Of a DNA stretch of 64,000 nt, positions 51,070-60,259 are shown one piece after another (position 1 is the first letter of the stretch; every line of letters begins with the position of its first letter). Source of the DNA: Myxococcales bacterium (GTDB taxonomy: Bacteria; Desulfobacterota; Binatia; HRBIN30); the NCBI GenBank assembly GCA_037445065.1, contig JBBILD010000002.1:64001-128000 (forward strand), read 5' to 3'. The position numbers were made by a program, and so were the translations under genes. Below the pieces are notes generated by a model. That model had not been told where the DNA came from. It did no database searches and was given only the letters and a program-made list of their open reading frames with translations.

Positions 51070-54000
51070 GTGGATCGAGTGAGACGTGAGATCTGTCGCG
51101 CCCTTGCGGTCCTCGCAGGGGTGGTTTGGCTCGCTGCTTGGGCCGCTCCGGATGCGGCCAGCGCTTTCGTTGCTTTCGAGAGCGGCCCGGTTCGGCCACT
51201 GGCGATCTCCCCGGACGGCACCCGGCTTTTTGCCACCAACATCCCGGACAACCAGCTCGAAATCTTTGCAATCGAAAGTACGGGCGGGTTGGTTCATCAG
51301 TCATCGGTGTCAGTGGGTCTCGAACCGGTGGCTGTAGCGGCACGGAACAACAGCGAAGTTTGGGTAGTCAATCACCTCTCGGACAGCGTCAGCGTCGTGG
51401 ACGTTGCGAGTGTGCCGCCACGTGTGGTGCGGACCTTACTGGTCGGCGACGAACCCCGCGACATCGTCTTTGCGGGTCCGGGGAGGTCGCGTGCATTCAT
51501 CACCACCGCGCATCGGGGACAGAACGTGCCCTACGACCCGCAGTTGACCACGCCCGGTGTGGGACGCGCGGATGTCTGGGTATTCGATGCCGAGAATTTG
51601 GGAACGTCGCTAGGTGGCACTCCGCTGACGATCGTGCAGCTATTCGGAGACACGCCACGCGCTCTCGCAGCAACTCCGGACGGCAGTCGTGTCTACGCAG
51701 CCATTTTCCATTCCGGGAACCAAACTACGGCGATCAACGAACAACTCGTTTGCGACGGTGGAGCGTCGGCGGGTCCCTGCACGGTCCTGGGAAATCAGAT
51801 GCCCGGTGGGCTCCCAGCGCCGAATTGGAATTTCCAGTTCATCCCTGGTCCAGAGGTCGGCCTCGTCGTGAAGTTCGACAAGGCCAGTGGCCGCTGGCTG
51901 GATCCGATCGGCCGGGATTGGAGCAACGCGGTCCGCTTCAACCTTCCTGACTGGGATGTGTTCACGATCGATGCGGCCGCCAACCCGCCGGTAGAGATTC
52001 CCCAGGGGCGGTATGCCAGCGTGGGTACGGTGCTCTTTAACATGGCGGTCAACCCCCAAAACGGCAAAGTCTACGTCTCCAACACCGAGGCCCGTAACGA
52101 AGTGCGGTTTGAAGGCCCGGGCATCTTTGCAGGCAGCACGGTTCGGGGCCGGTTGCACCAGGCGCGCATCACGGTTCTCGACGGTACAGCCGTTTTGCCG
52201 AGGCACCTGAACAAACACATTGATTATCGCAGTTTTCCAGCCTCACTCGGGGTCCGTAACCGCTCGCTTGCGACGCCGCTCGATGTCGTCGTAAGTTCGG
52301 ACGGCGGTACCCTTTACGTGGCGGCGTTTGGATCGAACAAGGTGGGGGTGTTCCCGACCGCGGAGCTGGAAAGCGACTCGTTTGTGCCCTCACCCACTGC
52401 TCACATCGAGGTACCAGGGGGTGGGCCGGCAGGGCTCGCACTGCTCGAATCGCTCGGCCGCTTGTACGTGCTCACACGTTTCGATCAAGGAATCTCAGTA
52501 ATCGATCTTGCTCGCCGCAGGGAGGTCCAGCACGTTCGCCTTCACAATCCAGAACCGTACTCGCTCGTCGCGGGCCGTCGCTTTCTGTACGACGCGCGCT
52601 TGACCTCGAGTAGCGGCGAAGCCTCCTGCGCGAGCTGCCATGTATTTGCCGATTTGGACTCGCTGGCCTGGGACCTTGGCAATCCGGACGATGAAGTGCT
52701 GCCGAACAACAACCCGTTCCGCTTGGGACCCGTACCGCAATTGGCGTTTGTGGATTTTCATCCCCTCAAAGGCCCAATGACCACTCAAACCCTACGCGGT
52801 ATGGCGACGCACGGACCAATGCATTGGCGGGGAGACCGAACTGGCGCCAGCGATCCAGGGGGGAATGCGTTCGACGCCGCGGCGGCTTTCAAAAAATTCA
52901 ACGTCGCGTTTCGCGGGCTCTTGGGCAGAAAGGGGCCACTGACGGAGGAGGAAATGCAGCGCTTCACCGACTTCATCCTTCAAATCCTTCCCCCGCCGAA
53001 TCCAGTGCGGAACTTGGACAATTCGCTGACCACCCAGCAACAGCAAGGGCGCAATCTCTTCTTCAATTTGCAAGTCGACGGTGGCACGCTCACCTGCAAC
53101 CAATGCCATGTTTTGAACCCCGCAGCCGGGTTTTTTGGCACAGATGGTCGGTCGAGCTTCGAGGCGGAGACGCAACATTTCAAAATCGCGCATTTGCGGA
53201 ACCTGTATGCGAAGGTGGGAATGTTCGGCTTCGCCGGCGTACCCGCGCTACCAGGTGGGGATTTGTCCCATCAGGGCGATCAGATTCGGGGCTTCGGTTT
53301 TCTCCACGATGGAAGCGTGGACACCATCTTCCGCTTCCTGACCGCTACGGTATTCAGCGGCTTCACTAGCAACGCGCAACGGCGCGCGGTGGAAGCGTTT
53401 CTTCTGGTGTTCGATTCCAATCTGGCCCCCATTGTGGGGCAGCAGATCACCTTGCGCTCGGAGAACGCGGCCATTGTTGGCCCCCGTATTGATTTGCTCA
53501 TTGCTCGTGCGGCTCAGGGGGAGTGTGATTTAGTGGTCAAGGGCGTGATCGGGGGCGAAGCTCGGGGTTGGTTCCGGAATGCGGCTGGGCTGTTTCAGCC
53601 GGATCGTCAGGCAGAGGCAGCGGTAAGCGATGCAGTTCTGCGCGCCTCGGTGGTGGCTCCCGGCGACGTGCTGACTTACCTTTGTGCGCCGCCGGGAAGC
53701 GGTGTGCGGATCGGTGTGGATCGAGACGCGGACGGCGTTTTTGACGGCGACGAACGCGACGCGGGCACGGATCCGGGCGATGAGCGCAGCGTACCCAGTC
53801 AGGGCATTCTCTGTGGTGGGAGTGCTGTACTACAAAACGCCCGCCTGGTAATCGGCAAAAACAGCGGTTCAGCTGGCGATGAAACCCTGACGATCCGCGG
53901 GGAGTTCGCGGTTACAGCGACCAGCCCTGCGGTGGATCCTCGGGCTTACGGGCTGCAGGTGCGGATTGATGATTCTTCTGGTCAGCCATTATGGAACCGA

Positions 54001-54354
54001 GTCATCGGGAGGGGAGAGCCCCTGGCTCGGGGTTATCCCGGTTGGAGGGTCAATCGATCGGGTACGCGCTGGACTTTCCGGGATCGTCGGGGCGAGGCCA
54101 GTCCGGGCATTCGCTCCGTGACGGTTGAAGACCGTTCTCGGATTTCACCAGGGTTGTATCGGATTACGTTGCGCGGAAGGTCATCGGACTTTCAGGTGCC
54201 GATCAGTGCGTTGCCGCTACGCGTAACAGTGGTCCTTGGAGGGCCGCAACAAGCGGGTCTCGGGCAGTGTGCGACACGTGCCTTCAACCCCCCAAGTGGG
54301 GCCGCTCCAACCTGCCGGGCAAGCGGTAACGGCGAGACAGTTACCTGCAGCTAG
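51070..54354 (+). CDS. Secreted YVTN beta-propeller plus di-haem c (cytochrome c peroxidase/MauG-like) protein
   Basis: Signal peptide; propeller repeats (VWVVNHLSDSVSVVD, VYVSN, LYV); CASCH at about 52627 and CNQCH at about 53095; DRDADGVFDGDE Ca-type loop. Confidence 0.85.
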   Translation: MDRVRREICRALAVLAGVVWLAAWAAPDAASAFVAFESGPVRPLAISPDGTRLFATNIPDNQLEIFAIESTGGLVHQSSVSVGLEPVAVAARNNSEVWVVNHLSDSVSVVDVASVPPRVVRTLLVGDEPRDIVFAGPGRSRAFITTAHRGQNVPYDPQLTTPGVGRADVWVFDAENLGTSLGGTPLTIVQLFGDTPRALAATPDGSRVYAAIFHSGNQTTAINEQLVCDGGASAGPCTVLGNQMPGGLPAPNWNFQFIPGPEVGLVVKFDKASGRWLDPIGRDWSNAVRFNLPDWDVFTIDAAANPPVEIPQGRYASVGTVLFNMAVNPQNGKVYVSNTEARNEVRFEGPGIFAGSTVRGRLHQARITVLDGTAVLPRHLNKHIDYRSFPASLGVRNRSLATPLDVVVSSDGGTLYVAAFGSNKVGVFPTAELESDSFVPSPTAHIEVPGGGPAGLALLESLGRLYVLTRFDQGISVIDLARRREVQHVRLHNPEPYSLVAGRRFLYDARLTSSSGEASCASCHVFADLDSLAWDLGNPDDEVLPNNNPFRLGPVPQLAFVDFHPLKGPMTTQTLRGMATHGPMHWRGDRTGASDPGGNAFDAAAAFKKFNVAFRGLLGRKGPLTEEEMQRFTDFILQILPPPNPVRNLDNSLTTQQQQGRNLFFNLQVDGGTLTCNQCHVLNPAAGFFGTDGRSSFEAETQHFKIAHLRNLYAKVGMFGFAGVPALPGGDLSHQGDQIRGFGFLHDGSVDTIFRFLTATVFSGFTSNAQRRAVEAFLLVFDSNLAPIVGQQITLRSENAAIVGPRIDLLIARAAQGECDLVVKGVIGGEARGWFRNAAGLFQPDRQAEAAVSDAVLRASVVAPGDVLTYLCAPPGSGVRIGVDRDADGVFDGDERDAGTDPGDERSVPSQGILCGGSAVLQNARLVIGKNSGSAGDETLTIRGEFAVTATSPAVDPRAYGLQVRIDDSSGQPLWNRVIGRGEPLARGYPGWRVNRSGTRWTFRDRRGEASPGIRSVTVEDRSRISPGLYRITLRGRSSDFQVPISALPLRVTVVLGGPQQAGLGQCATRAFNPPSGAAPTCRASGNGETVTCS

Positions 54355-54445
54355 TAAGCAACGGCGCTGCGCAAAAAATGCTCAGACCCGTGGGGCAATT
54401 GGGTGGGCGCGGCGGCTCATGTACACGGCCGCCGCGGCCGCACGC

Positions 54446-55216
54446 TTATTTCGGCGGCATCCGGAGGGCGCCGTCCAAACGGATCGTCTCGCCGTTCAGG
54501 TACGGGTTTTCCACGATGTGCACTGCAAGTGCCGCGTATTCACCTGGTTTGCCCAATCGCGATGGGAATGGGATGTTTGCTGCCAGGGCTTGCCGCTGCG
54601 GCTCGGGCAACAAAGCGAGCATGGGGGTATCGAACGTCCCAGGAGCAATGGTCACGCAACGGATTCCGTCACGAGCGAGGTCGCGCGCGATGGGCAGGGT
54701 CATGCCCACCACTCCGCCCTTGGAAGCAGAGTACGCAGCCTGCCCGATCTGGCCGTCGAACGCAGCGACTGACGCCGTGTTGATGAGAACTCCTCGCTCC
54801 CCCTCCTCATTGGGCGTGTTCTTGAGCATCTCCGTGGCCGCCAAGCGAATTACGTTAAACGTGCCAATGAGATTCACTCTCACGCACAACTCGAACATCT
54901 CGAGCGGCATGGGGCCGGCCTTGCCGGTAGTCTTCATGGCCGTACCCACGCCGGCACAGTTGACGTTGATATGGAGCGCCCCGAACTTGGCCATCGTTGC
55001 TTGGATCGCTTCGCTTACTTCTTGTGCGCTGGTCACGTCAGCCGGCACAAAGAGAGCGCGTTGTTCCCCGAGTTCCTTGGCAAGCTCCGCACCTTTCGAG
55101 CTGGGGCGATCGAGGATCGCGACCCGTGCCCCTCGCTCGACGAAGGCTCGCACTGTCGCTTCCCCTAAGCCGGACGCCCCGCCTGTGACGAGCGCCACTA
55201 CCCCTTGCAATTTCAT
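54446..55216 (-). CDS. 3-hydroxyacyl-CoA dehydrogenase type II (HSD17B10-like SDR)
   Basis: [43 protein letters not shown]. Confidence 0.95.
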   Translation of the reverse strand: MKLQGVVALVTGGASGLGEATVRAFVERGARVAILDRPSSKGAELAKELGEQRALFVPADVTSAQEVSEAIQATMAKFGALHINVNCAGVGTAMKTTGKAGPMPLEMFELCVRVNLIGTFNVIRLAATEMLKNTPNEEGERGVLINTASVAAFDGQIGQAAYSASKGGVVGMTLPIARDLARDGIRCVTIAPGTFDTPMLALLPEPQRQALAANIPFPSRLGKPGEYAALAVHIVENPYLNGETIRLDGALRMPPK

Positions 55217-55330
55217 AATCCATCACCTCCTGGAATCGTGCGCCGGTCGTGTCTCTTGTAAACGCCGCGATAGAGTGGTGCGGGCCCTGTACCGAGGGGC
55301 GGGTTTTGCGTCAACCTCGGACCGGCCGCT

Positions 55331-56200
55331 ATGAAGGGCTTCATGTGCCAGCGCCCAAATGCTCCGCGCCACCTGGCCGCGTTTGCTTGTGTTTGGCTCG
55401 TGCTAGTGGCCCTAGCGGTTTCGACTTGTACGACAGCGCCCTACACGAAGCGTTCGCAACTCATTCTGATCAGTGAGCAGCAGGAAATTGCGCTGGGTGC
55501 GGACGCGTACCGGCAGGTGCTGCGCAAGGAACCGGTCACCTATGACCCCCGCTACCTTGCTCCGGTACGCAGCGTGGGGGAGCGAATCGCTCAGGTTGCG
55601 GGCAAGAGCGGTTACCAGTGGGAGTTCGCAGTGATCGAGAAGGACGAAGCGAATGCTTTCGCCCTTCCGGGCGGTAAGGTGGCTGTGTACACAGGGATTT
55701 TTCCGATTGCGCAGGACACAGCCGGCTTGGCGGCGGTCATAGGCCATGAAGTGGGTCATGCACTCGCCCGCCACGCAGCCGAGCGAATCAGCCAGGGTTT
55801 CCTCTTAGAGCTGTTTGCCACTGGAGCACAGATCGCCTTGGGCCAACAGACCCCGGCAACGCGTCAGGCCATCCTTGCTGCGCTCGGGTTGGGTACCCAA
55901 GTTGGGGTGCTACTGCCATTTAGCCGCAAGCAGGAAGCCGAGGCCGATTACGTAGGGCTCATGTTAATGGCCAAGGCGGGGTACCCGCCCCAGGCAGCAG
56001 TTGAGGTTTGGGAACGATTTTCGAGGTCGGACAAAGAACGGCCGCCGGAGTGGCTGTCGACCCACCCAGACCCAAGGTCTCGTGCGCGCAGCTTGCGGCG
56101 GTGGCTGTCGGAGGCGCAGCGGTACTTTGCGCAAGCGACTCCGGCGCCGATCGAGCCGTTACCTGTGGTGGAGGCAAAATCGTCGCCGCCTTCGAAGTAG
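55331..56200 (+). CDS. M48 family Zn-metallopeptidase (Oma1/LoiP-like, probably exported)
   Basis: ANAFALPGGK, HEVGH, FSRKQEAEAD, WLSTHP. Confidence 0.93.
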   Translation: MKGFMCQRPNAPRHLAAFACVWLVLVALAVSTCTTAPYTKRSQLILISEQQEIALGADAYRQVLRKEPVTYDPRYLAPVRSVGERIAQVAGKSGYQWEFAVIEKDEANAFALPGGKVAVYTGIFPIAQDTAGLAAVIGHEVGHALARHAAERISQGFLLELFATGAQIALGQQTPATRQAILAALGLGTQVGVLLPFSRKQEAEADYVGLMLMAKAGYPPQAAVEVWERFSRSDKERPPEWLSTHPDPRSRARSLRRWLSEAQRYFAQATPAPIEPLPVVEAKSSPPSK

Positions 56201-56746
56201 GGCAGTTCCTGCAACTGATCGAAGGACTCGAGCGGGAAGAGCACAACGACACATCTGGTACGTGGGCGGATTGCATCATCCGTCGTGGGGCCCTCGGTAG
56301 ACCTCTATTGGCCCACGGCCGTTCGGCTGGCGCTGCGGCGGGAACCTCACGGAAGCTGGCGTGGCTGCAAACCACGAATTGCTGGAAGTGTCTCCGGGGA
56401 CGTACCTTCGGCGGCCGTGCGGGAGAACGCGTGTGTTGGTGCTTTCCGCGCGACCGGGGTCAGAATTCCAGCGGTCTTCAAGCGCAAACGGCGGAAAAAT
56501 CGTGGTGCGCCGGAGTTCCATGACCCGTCGTGTCGGTGCCAGTGTGCCGCGCTCGGAAGCCAGTAGCGAGCGATGTGACAAGGGAGCCGCAAGAGCCGAA
56601 GTTGCCGCGTTGCGTCAAGCGGAGCATTGAGCGAAGGGTGCGTCCGGTGCCGATTAGCATCCTCTACCTGTATCGAGCGTGGGGTGATCCGGGGCTGGAA
56701 TGTGCGTCCGCCGCGCGGAGCGGGAAAGGACCGCGCGTTGCCGTCT

Positions 56747-56785
56747 GACGACCCCGCTCGCGGCACGCCGACGACCCCGCTCGCG
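56747..56785. repeat. Perfect 16-bp direct repeat x2 (GACGACCCCGCTCGCG)
   Basis: Copies at 56747-56762 and 56770-56785, 7-nt spacer. Confidence 0.85.
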
Positions 56786-56989
56786 TGAGGCCAGTGATCC
56801 AAATGCTTTGGGTTTCGAGATCGGTGCTGCTGCCACGGCGAGGAGCTGCCTACTGGGCTGGTCTGTATCTTCCCAGGAGACGCTTTGCCGCTAACCTGGT
56901 GCGGCACCCAGTGGGCAACTTTGTGTGCGCGGACGCATCCAGTGAGCCTCTGTTGCGGAGCGTCAGGCAATGTTTGCCGGAGACATCTG

Positions 56990-57721
56990 TCAGCGTTGCG
57001 GTTGCAGTTGTCGCACTCGTTGCCGCTGGTGTGCCCGTTTGCGGTGAAGAAATAAGGAAAGCGCGAAATAGTAGACGGGAAAGTAGAGAGACAGCCAGGC
57101 AAGCCAGCGAGGCGGGTTGGGAAGGCGGAGCAAAAGCACGAAGACGCAAACTCCCCAAATACTGCCGAGCACGTAGGTGGTGTGCTGCCAGGCTGGGTTG
57201 CGGCTCGGGTACAAATAGCCGATCGGTACGAACACCAGCACTGAAAAGCCGAGCAGGGTGGTGACGTTGAACCAAAGTGGTGTCCCTAAAGCATACAGGT
57301 AGAAAACCACGACGTTCCAGTACGAAGGGAAGCCTTTGAAAAAGTGGTCCTCGGTTTTCGCATCGGCCTGACAAAAGCCGTATCCACTCGCCAACAACGG
57401 GGCCGCGCACACGAGCTGCCCCCACAAGCCCGAAGGTACGAGGCCGGCGTGGTAGGCAAGCACCACAGGAACCAGCACGTAATTCAAGTAATCAACGATG
57501 TCGTCCAGCCGAGCTCCGTCGAAGCCTGGCAGCACTTGTTTGACGCGAAAGCGCCGGGCGAGACTGCCGTCGGTGGCGTCAATGAACACTGCCACCGCCA
57601 TCCAGAGAAAGGCTAGACCATATTGCGTACGAGTGATCGCTTCCAGCGCCAGAAACCCGAGTACGGCACCGAGAGCGGTATAAAGGTGAACACCCCAAGC
57701 GGCGAGCGAGCGTGGTCTCAT
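56990..57721 (-). CDS. pcs: Phosphatidylcholine synthase (CDP-alcohol phosphatidyltransferase)
   Basis: VHLYTALG, DATDGSLAR, FDGARLDDIVDYLNY, KTEDHFFKGFPSYWN match the Pcs family as I recall it. Confidence 0.82.
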   Translation of the reverse strand: MRPRSLAAWGVHLYTALGAVLGFLALEAITRTQYGLAFLWMAVAVFIDATDGSLARRFRVKQVLPGFDGARLDDIVDYLNYVLVPVVLAYHAGLVPSGLWGQLVCAAPLLASGYGFCQADAKTEDHFFKGFPSYWNVVVFYLYALGTPLWFNVTTLLGFSVLVFVPIGYLYPSRNPAWQHTTYVLGSIWGVCVFVLLLRLPNPPRWLAWLSLYFPVYYFALSLFLHRKRAHQRQRVRQLQPQR

Positions 57722-57789
57722 GGTTCACGAACCATTCCCCGGCAAGGCCGATCGGGGGTTGAGGGCCCCGGTTAGCGGTGGATGCGCGA

Positions 57790-57813
57790 TGAGCGCCACC
57801 CGAGGTGGGCTCA
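57790..57813 (-). terminator. Hairpin downstream of the cold-shock gene (possible terminator or stabiliser)
   Basis: TGAGC-G-CCACC-CGA-GGTGG-GCTCA inverted repeat; no U-tract. Confidence 0.3.
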
Positions 57814-57830
57814 GGATCGAGACATTCGGC

Positions 57831-58034
57831 TCAAGAGATTTTCGTAACGTTTGCTGCTTGCAAGCCCTTGGGACCTTGCGTGATTTCGAATTCGACGCGC
57901 TGGCCTTCCTGAAGGGAACGGAACCCTTGCCCATTAATGGCAGTGTAATGAACGAAGACATCCTCGCCATCGTCCTTGGTGATAAAGCCGTACCCCTTCT
58001 GGCCGTTGAACCACTTGACCGTGCCCTGGACCAT
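57831..58034 (-). CDS. Cold-shock protein (CspA family)
   Basis: GTVKWFN, KGYGFI (RNP1), DVFVHY (RNP2), [10 protein letters not shown]. Confidence 0.97.
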   Translation of the reverse strand: MVQGTVKWFNGQKGYGFITKDDGEDVFVHYTAINGQGFRSLQEGQRVEFEITQGPKGLQAANVTKIS

Positions 58035-58157
58035 GATGTGTCCCCCTCTCTACCTAGGATTTCGTTCCGTCGGGGGAAAGCTCACACACGTGACCTCTTC
58101 GCTTGCCCTTCGCGGGTGCTTGGACTGCGTGCTGCCTTCACCGCGAAACACGCGCGG

Positions 58158-58187
58158 GCTCTAGCACGGCACGCGCGACGAAAGCAA
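58158..58187 (-). promoter_or_regulatory. Candidate sigma70 promoter of the cold-shock gene
   Basis: Minus strand TTGCTT-N18-TAGAGC with TG at the extended -10 position; implies a leader of about 115 nt with a 5' hairpin at 58109-58147. Confidence 0.35.
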
Positions 58188-58316
58188 CAAGTCCCAACCG
58201 GTAAAATTCGCTGCGCGAGGGTGTTGCAAAACGCCCGGCCGACTCACGACGCCGCATGCTCTTCCTTTACGGTCCGAGCGACTGGTGGTAGATGCTAGCG
58301 AGCGTCCCACATCCGA

Positions 58317-58925
58317 ATGATGACCCGCTGGCTTCCGTGGATTGCTTTGCTTTTGACCGCTGCCATCGTTGCCTCTGTGTTGGTTGGGGTTTGGTACAAA
58401 GCGCGGCGGCGTGCCGAGCCGTGGGTGCGTGCAGTAGAAGTCCTTGCCCCAGGAGTTACGCAGCGGGTCGAGAACTTTGAACGGAGGAAGTTCGAAGGGA
58501 ATCGGCTGGTGTGGGAGGTGAGAGCGGAGGAGGCTGAGTACAGCGAAGAGAAAAAAGAAGCAAAGATTCGGGAAGTTTCCGCGCGGTGGGTGATGGATGA
58601 TGGACGCGCACTTGCCTTACAAGGGGCGAGTGGGTCGCTTCGATTGAGTGCGGATTTTCGCAAGATCGAGGAACTCTGGCTGCGAGGAGATGTCACCTTG
58701 TCGTGGGCTGGCTATCGCCTTCAGGTGGAGGCAGCAGAATACCGCGGCCAGGCGAATCAGATCCGAGCTCCTGGGAGAGTCGTGATGAGCGGACCGGGGC
58801 TTCGGGTCGAGGGGCAGGGACTCACCGTGGATGTAGCGCGGGAGAGGTTGTCCCTCGGTGGACGCGTGGAAATGTCGATCGTACCGGGTGAGATTGAGGA
58901 GGGATTCAGCCACGACTCGTTGTGA
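58317..58925 (+). CDS. lptC: LPS export periplasmic protein LptC
   Basis: N-terminal TM, WEVRAEEAEY, beta-jellyroll pattern; position before lptA/lptB. Confidence 0.82.
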   Translation: MMTRWLPWIALLLTAAIVASVLVGVWYKARRRAEPWVRAVEVLAPGVTQRVENFERRKFEGNRLVWEVRAEEAEYSEEKKEAKIREVSARWVMDDGRALALQGASGSLRLSADFRKIEELWLRGDVTLSWAGYRLQVEAAEYRGQANQIRAPGRVVMSGPGLRVEGQGLTVDVARERLSLGGRVEMSIVPGEIEEGFSHDSL

Positions 58926-59475
58926 GACGGCCCGCAGAGCCGGACTCTGGGCGGCGAGGCAAGCCGTGTTGTTGGGCTTTTTGCTCTTGGCGGGTGACTT
59001 GCCCGTTGCAGGGCAGTCTGGCCCCGATGCCGACTGGTTTGGCGCGCTGCAATTCGGCGGCAGAGATCAACCGATCCAAGTCAGTGCGGACAGTTTCGAG
59101 TTCGACTACAAGCAAAGCGTTTTGACGTACCGCGGCAACGTGCGGGCCCAGCAGGGGGACGTGGTGGTCGAAGCGGATCAGCTCATTCTGATCCTGGAGA
59201 ACAGGCGGGGCCTTCAGTTGCGGGAAGTTCGAGCCCTGGGAAATGTGCGGCTTACTGAGAAAGAGCGTAGTGCCCATGCCGAGGAGGCGATCTTCGACCG
59301 AGCCAAGCGAACAGCGACGCTCTCCGGGCGAGTCGAGTTGCGGGACGGGGCGAACCAAATGTTCGGCGAGCGGGTCGTTGTGTATCTCGACGAGAAGCGC
59401 ACCGTGATCGAGGGCGGACCGAACCAGCGGGTACGCGCTGTACTGTTTCCCCCTGGGAACGTGGCCGAGCCATGA
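58912..59475 (+). CDS. lptA: LPS transport periplasmic protein LptA
   Basis: [39 protein letters not shown]. Start ambiguous (ACG 58912 or GTG 58966; ORF track 58858). Confidence 0.88.
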   Translation, partial: TTRCETARRAGLWAARQAVLLGFLLLAGDLPVAGQSGPDADWFGALQFGGRDQPIQVSADSFEFDYKQSVLTYRGNVRAQQGDVVVEADQLILILENRRGLQLREVRALGNVRLTEKERSAHAEEAIFDRAKRTATLSGRVELRDGANQMFGERVVVYLDEKRTVIEGGPNQRVRAVLFPPGNVAEP

Positions 59476-60254
59476 CCTTCGTGGCGCCAGAGATGTCGGC
59501 GAGCGACCAACAACGACGAGAACTGCTTCGCTCGCATGTTTTTGCGGGCTGCGAGCTGACCAAGAGCTTCGGTGGACGGCGTGTCGTGGACGGCGTGTCG
59601 GTGCAGGTACGCAGTGGGGAGATCGTTGGTTTATTGGGGCCGAACGGAGCCGGCAAAACTACGACCTTTCATATGTTGGTGGGGCTGGAGCCTCCGGATC
59701 GAGGACGGGTACTTTTGGATGGCAAGGACATTGGCGCCTTGCCGCTGTACCAGCGTGCTCGCTTGGGGGTCTCCTACTTGGCGCAGGAGCCTTCCATTTT
59801 TCGAGGCCTCACGGTTGAGCAGAACTTGCTCGCGATCTTGGAGTTACAACGGCTCACACGTGCTCAGCGCCAGGCGCGGGCGAGAGAGCTGATGGAGGAG
59901 CTCGGCGTGCTCCATGTGGCGAACAGTCGCGCCGACCAACTTTCCGGTGGAGAACGGCGTCGAGTTGAGATAGCACGAGCCTTGGTGATCAACCCTCGAT
60001 TCATGTTGCTCGACGAACCCTTCGCAGGCATCGACCCCCTTGCTATTTTGGACATCCAGGGCATCGTGGAGAATCTGAAGCGGAGAGGAATCGGCGTGCT
60101 GATCACGGACCACAACGTGCGCGAGACTTTAGGAATCTGCGATCGCGCGTACGTCATCGTCGGGGGACGAGTTTTGGTGGAGGGTACGCCGCAGGAAGTG
60201 GCTGCCGATGCGAGGGTGCGGGCGAGCTATCTCGGTCCTCGTTTCTCCCTTTGA
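59472..60254 (+). CDS. lptB: LPS export ABC ATPase
   Basis: [55 protein letters not shown]. Confidence 0.96.
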   Translation: MTFVAPEMSASDQQRRELLRSHVFAGCELTKSFGGRRVVDGVSVQVRSGEIVGLLGPNGAGKTTTFHMLVGLEPPDRGRVLLDGKDIGALPLYQRARLGVSYLAQEPSIFRGLTVEQNLLAILELQRLTRAQRQARARELMEELGVLHVANSRADQLSGGERRRVEIARALVINPRFMLLDEPFAGIDPLAILDIQGIVENLKRRGIGVLITDHNVRETLGICDRAYVIVGGRVLVEGTPQEVAADARVRASYLGPRFSL

Positions 60255-60259
60255 GCGCC

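Noticed and set aside
56747..56785. Direct repeat as a mini-CRISPR
   Set aside because: Only two 16-bp units with a 7-nt spacer and no cas genes.
27413..58316. Prophage, ICE or genomic island
   Set aside because: No integrase, transposase, phage genes, tRNA target or flanking att repeats seen, and composition looks like the flanks by eye.
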